Shown here one piece after another: positions 41,301 through 50,631 of a stretch of 64,000 nucleotides of DNA (within the stretch, counting starts at the first letter, position 1; every line of letters starts with the position of its first letter). The notes below the pieces were generated by a model that was not told the origin of the DNA, searched no databases, and worked only from the letters and a program-made list of their open reading frames with translations. This DNA comes from an uncultured bacterium (GTDB taxonomy: Bacteria; CSSED10-310; CAZUFC01): contig CAZUFC010000012.1 in assembly GCA_964619725.1 (NCBI GenBank), forward strand, positions 21,161 to 85,160, written 5' to 3'. A program made the position numbers and the translations under genes.

Positions 41301-42148
41301 TCGACCTGGCCCACGACGGAGCTAATTTCTGGGGAGGCGTCTGGGACGACCTCAACAGTTATCCCGGCGTCATCTACTCCTTCACCGATGCCGGCATGCC
41401 GGGAACTCCCGCGTCCATTACTTCCACAGACCTGGCCGCAGACGATTATCCGGTCCTCGGAGTCGCTTACGACGACGATATGGGTCAATGGTGGATAGGC
41501 GCACTGAATTCCGACATCTATCGCATCAACGCCTCCGGCGCCACGACCATGACTCTGCCCTATTCGCTCCACGGTCTTGAAGCCGTTACAGGGCTCGCCT
41601 ACGACGGCGAAAGTCCCGGAGGTCCTTACCTCTGGATCGCCAGCCAGGATGTGCCCGGCTTTGAAGGCGGTTTCGCCGCTTACTGGCAATGGAAAATCGG
41701 CTCCACCGATCCTCCGGAACTCAAAGTCGTCTACTCCGCATACGCCGACGTCGCCCTTGGCGCAGGACTCGACTTCTCCAGCGACTTCATAGACGGCTAC
41801 ACATCTCTCGTCGGTCTCGCTCAGACTGAAAACGACGTCCTCTTCGGCATTGAAGTCGACGGCTGGAACACCTGCGATCCCATGTTCGGATACGTCGCCG
41901 CCGACGGACTCGAATCCGAAATCGTCAGCGTCACAAACGATACCGTCGGGCTCTCTACCAGACCAGTCGGCACATACAACATGCAACTCGATATCTATAC
42001 CAATGATCCTGATGAAGACCTCATCCCGATCGACGTTACTCTCAACGTCACTGAATTGCAGGTCCCCAGTCTGGGAAGCATTGGACTCGGCCTGTTGATT
42101 ATTCTCTTTACCAGTATAATCTCTTTTCTCGGTTTCAGAAAAAAATAA
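38324..42148 (+). CDS. Giant surface protein with CARDB-like and MAM-like domains and an IPTL-CTERM-like sorting tail
   Basis: It has a strong RBS (AAGGAGGA), a signal peptide, a CARDB-like segment (NTVEYVFTVENRGDDADTFDL) and a jelly-roll segment. The C-terminus is VPSLGSIGLGLLIILFTSIISFLGFRKK. Confidence 0.75.
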   Translation: MKKIWVFFLITVALMIWNTPYSATQAHVKSNEVHPIIKTLPADSNRVMESPKREGDANFITCTLGSDAYDSYYPSWPFTAGDSYMYFFDPDDCAMSCDEWDALTVQFMIYAPYVFSDFDIVVSINEATLVGGSCYEPGAQVCSQTYTISDTGAAVQTHSIDLPADCCSGWCSGPFFLGYEIVTTPPEGVWNLFLDATAIGECVWYYNFESAWYDLCANEEMCLEMAMQVDIDCNAAAFSDAAALYLKVEPGDTELRMYQDHTVYAYIQNNGSALEFITATATDGQGWTGTAGPIAVNAGSCAMFTFSPVWHPTSGCPTVYALEATAVVSGDEDPTNDTVAVPKSGVVPGPATEMWRHDNGTIPPENGIGFIGSPSYFVCSKFTPDYYPTTLRYVSATVYDGWPADKYSRCRFGIWLEDPETGLPQENPVYIDDHIWDLPDGDPAQYEEVYAVPQPDCPLQITEGSFWVGVSSQEDCVTGNKSMALSCDIGESDPDNNWFHNYGTGAWGYLSDVGGTGDVYIHAHVEYDLPDAEVELTPDYEGGGDDPGNTVEYVFTVENRGDDADTFDLSAVSDPAWTTQITDLSDNPITQIGPVASLGTEQFKVHVTVGADDFCETEVTATSQQDATAYDMSDLRTESTTQEAPYCDPFDFRTNIAPWTVSNSLAHTAEDEWELHEYVDAPGNGYMIVGAWDTEGIHDTSLHSPYIDCTTHGSYTLYLQYLTRWINVDTAGCTARTRVHDGSSWTVVNEWDETTGDQLGYALIDVTAELGAATNARVGFQFWSDGNQEGDEYWLVDEFCLFWEADVDITPSSITMTLPQGAADTAPVTVDNTGGSTLTYDIFKMPPYTPAKSAPQKVKMIKDIRSMPQDAAKPGEIIRIGSDQKQIGISAGQGIKANTASPAFKVPFKGESHRKVDMPKEMFDWMFGWNADVVTSSDYLMGCELVGENAWVVDWDAADPPTVGPHAYAFDAKTGSLLLDFDIPNQPDDSWIFDLAHDGANFWGGVWDDLNSYPGVIYSFTDAGMPGTPASITSTDLAADDYPVLGVAYDDDMGQWWIGALNSDIYRINASGATTMTLPYSLHGLEAVTGLAYDGESPGGPYLWIASQDVPGFEGGFAAYWQWKIGSTDPPELKVVYSAYADVALGAGLDFSSDFIDGYTSLVGLAQTENDVLFGIEVDGWNTCDPMFGYVAADGLESEIVSVTNDTVGLSTRPVGTYNMQLDIYTNDPDEDLIPIDVTLNVTELQVPSLGSIGLGLLIILFTSIISFLGFRKK

Positions 42149-42173
42149 TCGACAGTCATAAATAAAAGCCTTT

Positions 42174-42207
42174 AAAAAGCCCTTCCACTCCGGCGGAAGG
42201 GCTTTTT
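42174..42207. terminator. Bidirectional rho-independent terminator
   Basis: AAAAA-GCCCTTCC-(8-nt loop)-GGAAGGGC-TTTTT lies between convergent genes. Confidence 0.8.
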
Positions 42208-42352
42208 CGTCATTAAAGACAATCAAACGAGTCTCGACTTTACTGAATCTTTTTCAGCCCCTCGAAACATTAACATTTAATCAATACCCGTGCTGTTGAT
42301 CACTGGTCAAATCCGAGCAATGCACAAGGCCAAACAGAACCAATCGTTCGGA

Positions 42353-44476
42353 TCATCTGAAATACGCCGCCAGGCAGTCATACCGGCGTAAAATCTTCTC
42401 ATCCAGTTCCAATACGGCAATCTTGTCTCTTGTAAATTCAGGTACAGTGATCCGCACACGGTATAAATTTTCATCAAAAAGCGTATTGCCGAAGTTTCCT
42501 TCTACTTTTTCAAACCGGCTTCTTAAAATCGTATTTAATTTTATGACAATATTTTTCGTCTTTATGTTCTGATCTGCAGAATGAACCATGGCCGTTTCAG
42601 TCAGCGGATGCCCTGCTTCTCCCTTTTTCAGAAGCGTCAGCTCGATGAAACGCGCGGAAAGATACTCATCAAATGCGGTTCTCAAAGTATCAGTACGGGG
42701 TCGCATGTCGGGCGTCAACAGCTTATTCTCCCCCAGAAAGGGGCTGTCCTTATGAATTCTTATCGCCTCTACCCGTCCTGTCATCCGGCCGTTTTTAATG
42801 ATGGGAGAGCGTATCAGTGAGGTTTGTCGGTCTGCAGTCCATAGACTGCCGTAAAAAACCACTATACAGGCCGATAATATGAAGCGCCAGGCGCCGCTCT
42901 TTACACGTATTCTCATTGATTTGTCGAATAAAAGAAAAGCGATGCCTGCAGGAATAAAAAACAGAACAAGAAAACCGATCAGCCTGGCCAGTGTCTTTTT
43001 GAACTCAATTCCTGATGCTGCTTTGATGAACAGCTTTCCCGCCATGGAAAAATCCCTGAACCATACCGCATTATCGGATGCCAGTTCAGGCAAATGCATG
43101 AAACTCGGACCGATCCATCCGAAAATGTGCTCCTGGTAAGGACCACGATCGTTCACCAGCTTCATATATGCGCCGGCTGTCCCTCGCCTGAATTGATGAT
43201 GATAGAATTCCGCCATAAATAAAAAATTCCATAACACAAAAATAAAAATAATCACATATGAAATTATCCGCAGAAATCTTCTCCTGCATAAATCCAGCAG
43301 AAAAGCCGCTCCAGGCATAAGAAGCATAGTGAAACCCGCCATGCGACGGCCGCTGAATCCCATGCTCCACCAGTCGGTCCGCGTGCTGTTATAAAATAAT
43401 TCCCCGATAAATACGAACATTAAAGGGAAGCCCCAACGGGGTTTCTTCCAGGAAAAGAGACAAAGACCGACGAAGAAAACAGCCAATAAAGGCATCCAGG
43501 AGAACAGACCGTGATATTGGGAAAAAAGCAAAGGAATTATCTCAGGCTTAAACCAATTGAGCGAGGGCATTGCCGAAGCGCCCATTTTGGCCGGTGGAAT
43601 AAAGAACGAGTCGTACGTTATTTTCCAGTACAGGTTCTGGACGCCTACAATGAAAATGAAGCCGGCGACGAATGTCCAGCCGGCATGCCGGAACAAACTC
43701 ACCAGCTTTTCATTTTTCCGCCGCCTTTTAATCACTCCCAGGCCGGCATCTATTACCGGGACGGCTAACATTATCCCATCCTGGTATCGAACGATCAGAG
43801 CCAGTCCCCCTACCATTCCCCATAAAAGGTAATGCCCTGGTCTGGCGGATTCGCGGGAACGGCGCCAAAGCTCCAGGAATGCCGCTGTCAGGAAAAAATT
43901 GAACCCATGGGAAAAGGTGACGTCGATGAAAATGAAAGGGAGAATATTTGAAGCGCCTGCAGTCGCTATTACGGCGACGGCGGCCGTCGCCGGCTTGAAA
44001 AACCTGCTCAGGAAACGAAACGCCAGCGCCAGACCAAGTAAGTGCCAGAAAATGTTCCAGGATGAAAAGGCAAACAGGTAAGGCCATGAGTAACCGTCGT
44101 CCGGATAATGCATGCTCAGAGATGGAAAGACACAATAGGCGACTTTCGTTAAAGTCATGGGAAATAGCCAGAAAAACGTATTGCCCATCGGCATAAAAGC
44201 GAATTTGTACCCGCGTTCGGTGTATTCAGGCCGGTTCATGAAGCGCAGCAGGGGCCTATCTCTTTTTTGCAGCAACGTGCGAGCATGAACATCCTCCCAT
44301 CCCGGTCCCGTGAAATAATAATTTTCGTTGTAGACGTTCAGGTCCTGATCGAAAACGAGAGAACGCGCCGTTTCAAGATAAACCAGACCGTCATAGCGAA
44401 GCTTCGGATTGAACAGGAAAACGTACGAGAAAAAACTGAAACCGAAAAGGGCATAAAGCCAGGCTTTTTTATTCAT
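42353..44476 (-). CDS. Polytopic membrane protein, GT-C-fold glycosyltransferase-like (ArnT/PMT-like), with a C-terminal soluble domain
   Basis: It has at least 12 predicted TM helices and an early acidic loop (YDGLVYLETARSLVFDQD). The family assignment rests on architecture only. Confidence 0.45.
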   Translation of the reverse strand: MNKKAWLYALFGFSFFSYVFLFNPKLRYDGLVYLETARSLVFDQDLNVYNENYYFTGPGWEDVHARTLLQKRDRPLLRFMNRPEYTERGYKFAFMPMGNTFFWLFPMTLTKVAYCVFPSLSMHYPDDGYSWPYLFAFSSWNIFWHLLGLALAFRFLSRFFKPATAAVAVIATAGASNILPFIFIDVTFSHGFNFFLTAAFLELWRRSRESARPGHYLLWGMVGGLALIVRYQDGIMLAVPVIDAGLGVIKRRRKNEKLVSLFRHAGWTFVAGFIFIVGVQNLYWKITYDSFFIPPAKMGASAMPSLNWFKPEIIPLLFSQYHGLFSWMPLLAVFFVGLCLFSWKKPRWGFPLMFVFIGELFYNSTRTDWWSMGFSGRRMAGFTMLLMPGAAFLLDLCRRRFLRIISYVIIFIFVLWNFLFMAEFYHHQFRRGTAGAYMKLVNDRGPYQEHIFGWIGPSFMHLPELASDNAVWFRDFSMAGKLFIKAASGIEFKKTLARLIGFLVLFFIPAGIAFLLFDKSMRIRVKSGAWRFILSACIVVFYGSLWTADRQTSLIRSPIIKNGRMTGRVEAIRIHKDSPFLGENKLLTPDMRPRTDTLRTAFDEYLSARFIELTLLKKGEAGHPLTETAMVHSADQNIKTKNIVIKLNTILRSRFEKVEGNFGNTLFDENLYRVRITVPEFTRDKIAVLELDEKILRRYDCLAAYFR

Positions 44477-44503
44477 ATATCAATCTGCTCGCGGATAGAA
44501 AAT

Positions 44504-46678
44504 TCAGGGTACGCTCAAATAAGGCCATGTAGCGGAGCGTTTTCCCGATTTGTCTATCGCTTCAATTTGAAAAATAAATTCTTCGGGAAAGATGCCGGCG
44601 GGAAGATTTATCTGATGAGAATATACGCCGTCTCCAGAGGTTTTATCCCCGTAGACCCCCTGGTCATTCAAACTGAAAAGCTCGTATTCCCCCCACCAGA
44701 CTTTTACTTCCGCAATATTTTCCTGCCCTAGAGGATGGAGAACACGAGCCCGAACCAGAAGCATTCCCGGATTATCCTTCGTAACGGTGGACTCAAATCC
44801 TGCGGACAGTATATAAGGCGCAAGCGAACCGTTCTGTGAAAAAGATCGCCTCGACGCCACGGAAGGCCCTGTATCCTCCAGGACCGTTTCCTCGTGACGG
44901 AAAGCATCAGAATAATAACTCCTTTGCTGGTCATTGCCGGAAGCAATTTGAAAATAAGGCCAGACTCTACTGACATGCCCCGCTTCATCGTGCGCTCTTA
45001 TACGAAAAAAATACCGGCCTGAAGGCGGCGAAAAAGGGAAAAACAGGCTGCGCATGTAAATGCCGTCCCCTTCCCTCAAATCTCCATTCAATCCATCGTC
45101 GTTCAGTAAAATGCCCGTCGGACATTCTCCATAATACAACTCGACCCTCTCCAGGTCCATATCAACATCATAAACCCAGGCTCGAATCGTCATAAAACTG
45201 GGTCCTGACGGCGAAAAGCAGGTCGAATCCCATCCTGCAGCCCGAATGACCGGTTCGTCGCGGGGAACCGGACATACGCTCAATTTCAATCCCGGCGCCC
45301 CTTTTTCATGCGTCATCAACATCAGTTCGTCATCCACTGACGCTTTAAAATGAAAAAAATCATTATCTTCTTTCCTGATCTTCTCTGGAGAAGCGAACGA
45401 ACCGTTTAAATCATTCAGATAATAAAACGCTCCGTCCGTATGACTTATAATGTGCAAAGCATCAGACGAATCAGAACTCAGATCGAACCTGATCATTTCT
45501 TCCGATTTCATCACTACGCGGGGCTCTCCGAACTCTCCTTCTTCTCCCAGACAATACTTCAAATAACGCTCTTCGCCGAATAGCGGCCATTCCTCCCAGG
45601 CCGCAACCGGCTCGCCGTTTATGTCTACCGTCAATCTCGCATTCCTGACGAATCCATAATCCGTTCGATAAACCCTGCGGAAATTGGAAAATTCCTCCCC
45701 TGTCTTACTCATATAACAAACCGCAGAAGAGTAGGAACGCTTAAAAGTCCATAACGCATGAACGTTCTGGCTGATGTCTATATAAAGATTAAGGTCTCTG
45801 TAAGGTCTGTGATGTTCGTCAATCTCTTCCACCGGCAAAACCTGCTCATATTGAACTATCGTATAATAAAGTCCGGACTCACTCCACCCCTCATTCGTCC
45901 ATAACAGATGCGCCCTTGACTTCCGATCGACCTCCATTTGGTACGGAAGCGACTCATCCAGCGGATGAAACTTCACGAAAAACTCGACCGGTTCGTGAAA
46001 ATCACCGAACTGGTTCGTCGAATACTTCATTTTGTCCCCGTCCTCCGTATGGCTGTACCATAATATATGGACCCCGCCGGCGGCGCCCCAGCGAATTATC
46101 GGCGCCTTGTACGCATGTTCATCCAGAAGGAACGCCTCCTCCCAACCCTCCGATTTCAAAAAAACATAATAGAGCTTATGGTCCAGATTCACCGCAACAT
46201 GCATTGTACCGTTCGCTTCCTGCACGAAGTCAGCGCCCTGAAAACTCATTTCCTCTTCAAAGGGAAGCCTTTCCGTCACGGAAAATCGGGAAACGCGAAA
46301 ACTGAACGCATCCCTGAACCATTCTTCTCTGCCGGCATATCTGACGCCCAACTCTGCATCGATCCAGTGCAATCCAAAATAAGGGCAGTCCGGAACATAC
46401 TTGATGACCCATTCATCCTCACCCGATCTTTCCGCCTTTCCCTCAACCAGCCGCTCCTCAATCCGGATAATAACCGCATTCATATCCAGAGCAGCGCCGG
46501 CATCTCTTATCCTCCACTCTATTGGCGCATAGGGAGAAACTCCCTCTTCACCCGCTTCAGGACTGCGCTTCGTCACATCAATCGTAAAAGCGACATCTAC
46601 ACTCAACACAACCGCTGAGGCAGTTATGCCGATAAATAACATTATCTTTAACAAAAAATTTGAAGACGGTTTTTTCAT
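44504..46678 (-). CDS. Secreted repeat protein (propeller-like repeats plus two C-terminal Ig-like modules with an LNDxGxxGDxxxGDGxY motif)
   Basis: It has a signal peptide and about 6 repeats of the form H-hydrophobic-x-W...Y...G-x-F-x-x-P. The duplicated C-terminal modules each end in WPYxxx. It lies 27 nt upstream of the membrane protein gene. Confidence 0.55.
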   Translation of the reverse strand: MKKPSSNFLLKIMLFIGITASAVVLSVDVAFTIDVTKRSPEAGEEGVSPYAPIEWRIRDAGAALDMNAVIIRIEERLVEGKAERSGEDEWVIKYVPDCPYFGLHWIDAELGVRYAGREEWFRDAFSFRVSRFSVTERLPFEEEMSFQGADFVQEANGTMHVAVNLDHKLYYVFLKSEGWEEAFLLDEHAYKAPIIRWGAAGGVHILWYSHTEDGDKMKYSTNQFGDFHEPVEFFVKFHPLDESLPYQMEVDRKSRAHLLWTNEGWSESGLYYTIVQYEQVLPVEEIDEHHRPYRDLNLYIDISQNVHALWTFKRSYSSAVCYMSKTGEEFSNFRRVYRTDYGFVRNARLTVDINGEPVAAWEEWPLFGEERYLKYCLGEEGEFGEPRVVMKSEEMIRFDLSSDSSDALHIISHTDGAFYYLNDLNGSFASPEKIRKEDNDFFHFKASVDDELMLMTHEKGAPGLKLSVCPVPRDEPVIRAAGWDSTCFSPSGPSFMTIRAWVYDVDMDLERVELYYGECPTGILLNDDGLNGDLREGDGIYMRSLFFPFSPPSGRYFFRIRAHDEAGHVSRVWPYFQIASGNDQQRSYYSDAFRHEETVLEDTGPSVASRRSFSQNGSLAPYILSAGFESTVTKDNPGMLLVRARVLHPLGQENIAEVKVWWGEYELFSLNDQGVYGDKTSGDGVYSHQINLPAGIFPEEFIFQIEAIDKSGKRSATWPYLSVP

Positions 46679-46748
46679 TTATTCCATCCCGGCGCTTCAA
46701 CGGTCCTCTGACTTATATGCCGATTAACTTCCGGCAATATTTTATTCC

Positions 46749-47450
46749 CTATTCACCGGTCTCGAATTCAGGCATGACTATCTCTACAGCCGCATTCGAC
46801 CTGCCGTATGCCAGCGCCAGCACCTTTTCCGTCTCCGCGTACCCCCGGGCCGTCGCCCTGAAACGGTATATGTTGACTCGTTTTTCCAGTACGCTGTCCA
46901 ACGTCAACAAGTAAAGTTCGCCGTTCTCGTCCGTATACTCACTCGCTATCAGAACATCTATGTAATCCGTGAAACCGTAATCCCCCTTCGCTCTCTCAAA
47001 TATATCCACTAAAGCGTTCGCTACCGGTTCACCCGAAACGCCATTTACGCTTACTTTTACGCTTACCGTGCTGTTCTCCGGAATATATCTCATCACGAAA
47101 TTCATCTCTTTCGTCTGATCTTGCTCTACGTCTACATAACGAGTCATGCTTTCATACTGGTCCTTCTCAAGCTTTATCTTGTTCAAACCGAACTGAACGT
47201 CTTCTAGATAATATTCGCCGTTCTCATTCGAAAACGTCTCCACAATCCTGTCGTTCTTTAATGAACGCGCGTATACGTAAACATCAGCCAACGGCACAGG
47301 GGTCTCCTGACCGAAATAACTCGGCTTGATATCCTCTATCCTGCCCCGCACATTACCCCTGTAGTCATCAGTGCACCCCAAAATTGAAAATAACAGCGCC
47401 GTTACGATCAATAACGTCGCTGTTTGCCTTTTTTCATCTTTTTTCATCAT
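46749..47450 (-). CDS. Lipoprotein with carboxypeptidase-regulatory-like domains
   Basis: It starts MMKKDEK behind a GGGAGCAGAGAG RBS and has a lipobox (SILGC). Two CarboxypepD_reg-type segments are present (FSNENGEYYLEDVQFG..., TDENGELYLL). Confidence 0.65.
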   Translation of the reverse strand: MMKKDEKRQTATLLIVTALLFSILGCTDDYRGNVRGRIEDIKPSYFGQETPVPLADVYVYARSLKNDRIVETFSNENGEYYLEDVQFGLNKIKLEKDQYESMTRYVDVEQDQTKEMNFVMRYIPENSTVSVKVSVNGVSGEPVANALVDIFERAKGDYGFTDYIDVLIASEYTDENGELYLLTLDSVLEKRVNIYRFRATARGYAETEKVLALAYGRSNAAVEIVMPEFETGE

Positions 47451-47888
47451 CTCTCTGCTCCCATTATTTGGAACGATCCCAGGAGAACGCTGTTTGAAAT
47501 ATATGTTATGGGTTCGGGAAGAGTCAAGAGCGTTCCTTTTCTCTTTCAGCATGAACTGGCGGAACCGCCGTCCAATACACTCTTCACCGCCGGCTCTCAT
47601 TACACTCCCGAAGATTCTCTCGACACCCCTTCCTTTTTCCTCGCCGGCTCTTTACAATCTTTCCTGAATTCCCTAATCTGATACTTCTGATCTTTTCTCC
47701 TGTTGCTTTATCCACGCGAACCATTTGAAACGAGAGAGAAAGGCAATGACGCATATCACAATCATTATCATAACCGACAAAAGCCCGCTGTCGAGCAGCC
47801 TCACATCTACTCTGGAAGTATGATTTTTTTCCATCGGAAAAAAATAAAATCTTCAAGGAACTATTTCAACCAGAAACGGTTTAAGTAA

Positions 47889-48518
47889 ATGGCAGAACGG
47901 GAAGAACCAAGGGGAATGCCGTCGAAGAAAACTTTTACGGATGAACAATTAATGTTGCAAGTCAGGGATGGCGACAGGAAAAGCTTTGAAGAATTAATGA
48001 AACGCTATAAAAAATCGCTTTTTAACTACATTTACCGGTTTTCGGGCAATCGTCACACTAGTGAGGACATATTTCAGGAAACCTTCCTGAAGATTTATCA
48101 ACACGCCGGGAGATACAAGCCCAAATCGAAATTCTCCACCTACCTCTACACAATCGCAACGAACCTTTCCATCAATGAAATGAAAAAAAGGAAAATTCGG
48201 CAACACGAAACATTGGAAAGCGGATACATCGAAGGGCGACAGAATCCCCACATTTATGAAAGCTCTCTTCCCTCGGACGTTTCGACGCCGGCGACGGAAA
48301 CTGAACGGGAAGAAAACAGGCGCCTAATATGGGAAGGATTGGACCAGTTGAGTCCGAAACATCGTTCAGTATTGATCTTGAGTGAATTTGAAGAACTGCC
48401 GTATGAAGAAATAGCGCAGATAACGAAAACCAGGGTCGGTACGGTCAAATCACGGCTGCACCGAGCCAAAATTCAACTGAAAGAATGGATAGAAAAACAT
48501 GAGCAGATGTCGGTTTGA
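47889..48518 (+). CDS. ECF-type RNA polymerase sigma factor
   Basis: Region 2 shows FEELMKRYKKSLFNYIYR...EDIFQETFLKIY. Region 4 shows PYEEIAQITKTRVGTVKSRLHRAK. Confidence 0.88.
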   Translation: MAEREEPRGMPSKKTFTDEQLMLQVRDGDRKSFEELMKRYKKSLFNYIYRFSGNRHTSEDIFQETFLKIYQHAGRYKPKSKFSTYLYTIATNLSINEMKKRKIRQHETLESGYIEGRQNPHIYESSLPSDVSTPATETEREENRRLIWEGLDQLSPKHRSVLILSEFEELPYEEIAQITKTRVGTVKSRLHRAKIQLKEWIEKHEQMSV

Positions 48519-49104
48519 ACGTACAATAGTCTACTACTTCGATCATTCGCTCTCTCAAAAAGAGAAGTCCGAAACCGAAAAACATCTCAAAGACTGTTCT
48601 CATTGCCGGTCCACCCTGGAAGGACTTAAAAAAATGAGACACGCCGTTCGCTGCCTGGAAAGCGTTTCTCCTCCAACTGATCTTGTGCCGAGAGTCCTTG
48701 AAAATCTTGATCAGCCGAAACAGCGGTTTCGCTGGAAACTTCCAGTCGGAATAAGCTTAAAACCGGCCCTGGCCGGCGCCTTCGTCATATTATTAGTCGC
48801 TTTATTCAGTTACCGGCAATTTTTCTATTCTCCCGCTGAACAAAACACTAATTTTACGGCGGACAAAAGCGACGTGCCGACTTCTGCAACCATTCCTCCC
48901 AGCGACACCCTTTATTACATGGAAGAAAATACGGATGTCCGGGAATTCCTGCTCTCCAGCGCTTTGACGAAAGTCAGCCGAACGGGTTATTCGCAAGAGG
49001 ACAAAAACGTTTATCGCAACAGGGGATTTGAAAATGAATTTCACATTCGCAAGGATGCCGTCAAATCCAATAAAGTCTCAAACGTTCACGTCATTCCCCT
49101 GTGA
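48499..49104 (+). CDS. Anti-sigma factor (zf-HC2 type, single TM)
   Basis: It has the HLKDCSHCRSTL zinc-binding motif and a TM helix (ALAGAFVILLVALF). It overlaps the sigma gene. Confidence 0.75.
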   Translation: MSRCRFERTIVYYFDHSLSQKEKSETEKHLKDCSHCRSTLEGLKKMRHAVRCLESVSPPTDLVPRVLENLDQPKQRFRWKLPVGISLKPALAGAFVILLVALFSYRQFFYSPAEQNTNFTADKSDVPTSATIPPSDTLYYMEENTDVREFLLSSALTKVSRTGYSQEDKNVYRNRGFENEFHIRKDAVKSNKVSNVHVIPL

Positions 49105-49160
49105 GGCGGAAATGCCTTTGCGCGTATTCATCCTTTTTACCGGAGAGAATTACGGAGCCA

Positions 49161-50384
49161 ATGATGCCTGTTTTTAAAACTTTCCTTCTCTTGAGTATCT
49201 TTTGTTTCAGCATCGTTTCTTCTGTTTTCGCCGAAGATATCCTTTTATTCGACAAGGCCAACCGGTTTTATGTCGCTGAACAGTACGACAAGGCGCTTAC
49301 CTATTACGTCAAGGCCCTGGAAAGCGACGAAAAAGGCGAGTATACAGACCTGACTATCCTTCTGATCGGAAAATGCCTGAAAAAATTAGGAAATTGGGAA
49401 AAAGCGGAAGAAACCCTGGGAACCCTGATGAAAAAGTATCCCCGAAGCGAATGGGCCGACGATGCCTTGCTTTGTTTGAGCGAACACTATTTAAACAAAG
49501 CATCCAAACAGAATTATCTGAAATCGATCGACCTGCTCAAACAGATCATTACTCATTTTCCAAACAGGGACACAGCGCCTAAAGCCATGAATAAAATCGG
49601 CGAATGTTATCTGAACATGGGAGAATTTAAAAAAGCCGAACAGTGGTTCAACGTTTTGCTGAAAAGAACTCAAGACACAGACCTGCTGGCAGCCGCATTT
49701 TTTAATCTGGCTCGCATCTATTCTTCACCGGGATTCGATAAAAAAAATCCCGAAAAATCCATCGAATTCCTTAAAGCCATCCTGCAGCATCACCCGGATT
49801 ATCCGCGTCTGCCTGCCGTCTATTTCGCTCTGGGCAATATTTACCTGGAATTACAGAAATACCGTGAAGCTTTCGATATGTTTACCAGCGTGGTGGATAA
49901 ATTTCCCGATTCATGGTACGCCGCTTTCTCTCAATCTCAAAAACTCCTTTATCATAAAAATTTAAAAGATTATTCCACTCTGACGGATGAATATGAAAAA
50001 TTCATAAAAAATTATCCGGTCCCGCCCAACAACCTGATCGAACACCCCTTACCGGAAAACAAATCCGAAAAATCCACCGACAATGAATTGAAAATAAAAG
50101 CTGACCACTTGGAATACCGTTACTTCTCGAACGTCGAAACCGTCTGGGAAGACATAAAAATAATAGCCGATCAAGCCTTGTACAACTCCGAAACCTTAAC
50201 CCTGCAATGCAGCGGACACGTCAAATTAATCAAGTCCTCCGGCTTGACCGTAACCGGCGATTATATAAACATCTTCTTTGAAACTCAGGAAGGATTCGCC
50301 GGCGGAAACGCCCTGCTGAAACGTAAAACCCAGGACGGAGAAAAAATCGAAAAAGGTCAAACCATTCGATTCAAACTTAATTAG
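49161..50384 (+). CDS. Secreted TPR protein (BamD/YbgF-like repeats) with an OstA/LptA-like C-terminal domain
   Basis: It has a signal peptide starting at MMPVFKTFLLLSIF and several TPR units. The C-terminal beta segment is IKADHLEY...GHVKLI...TGDYINIFF...GGNALL. Confidence 0.6.
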   Translation: MMPVFKTFLLLSIFCFSIVSSVFAEDILLFDKANRFYVAEQYDKALTYYVKALESDEKGEYTDLTILLIGKCLKKLGNWEKAEETLGTLMKKYPRSEWADDALLCLSEHYLNKASKQNYLKSIDLLKQIITHFPNRDTAPKAMNKIGECYLNMGEFKKAEQWFNVLLKRTQDTDLLAAAFFNLARIYSSPGFDKKNPEKSIEFLKAILQHHPDYPRLPAVYFALGNIYLELQKYREAFDMFTSVVDKFPDSWYAAFSQSQKLLYHKNLKDYSTLTDEYEKFIKNYPVPPNNLIEHPLPENKSEKSTDNELKIKADHLEYRYFSNVETVWEDIKIIADQALYNSETLTLQCSGHVKLIKSSGLTVTGDYINIFFETQEGFAGGNALLKRKTQDGEKIEKGQTIRFKLN

Positions 50385-50440
50385 TGTCTGTCCACAAACT
50401 CGAATCTCGATTCAAAATTTGATGCTGGACAGCCACTTGG

Positions 50441-50583
50441 GTTTTTGATCCATAAACGGGCGAATTTTTCTTAAGGTTAGGAAGGCAAGGATTTGCGAAG
50501 AAGGCGTATTTATTATATGTTGACTGAGCAAATCGTTAGCCTGACGCAGCATTGGGGGAAATTCGCCGTTTATGGACAAAAAC
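50441..50583. repeat. ~143-nt imperfect palindrome
   Basis: The arms GTTTTTGATCCATAAACGGGCGAATTT and AAATTCGCCGTTTATGGACAAAAAC pair with each other. An inner pair AGGCAAGGATTTGC / GCAAATCGTTAGCCT is also present. Confidence 0.8.
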
Positions 50584-50631
50584 TAATTAGCGCCTCTCCA
50601 TAAACTCGTTTTCCAATTCAAATTTCGGCGC

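Noticed and set aside
47855-47885. An ECF-type promoter (GGAACT ... CGGTT) in front of the ECF sigma gene.
   Set aside because: The -10-like element ends only ~5 nt before the ATG, so it would require a leaderless transcript. The match is too weak to call.
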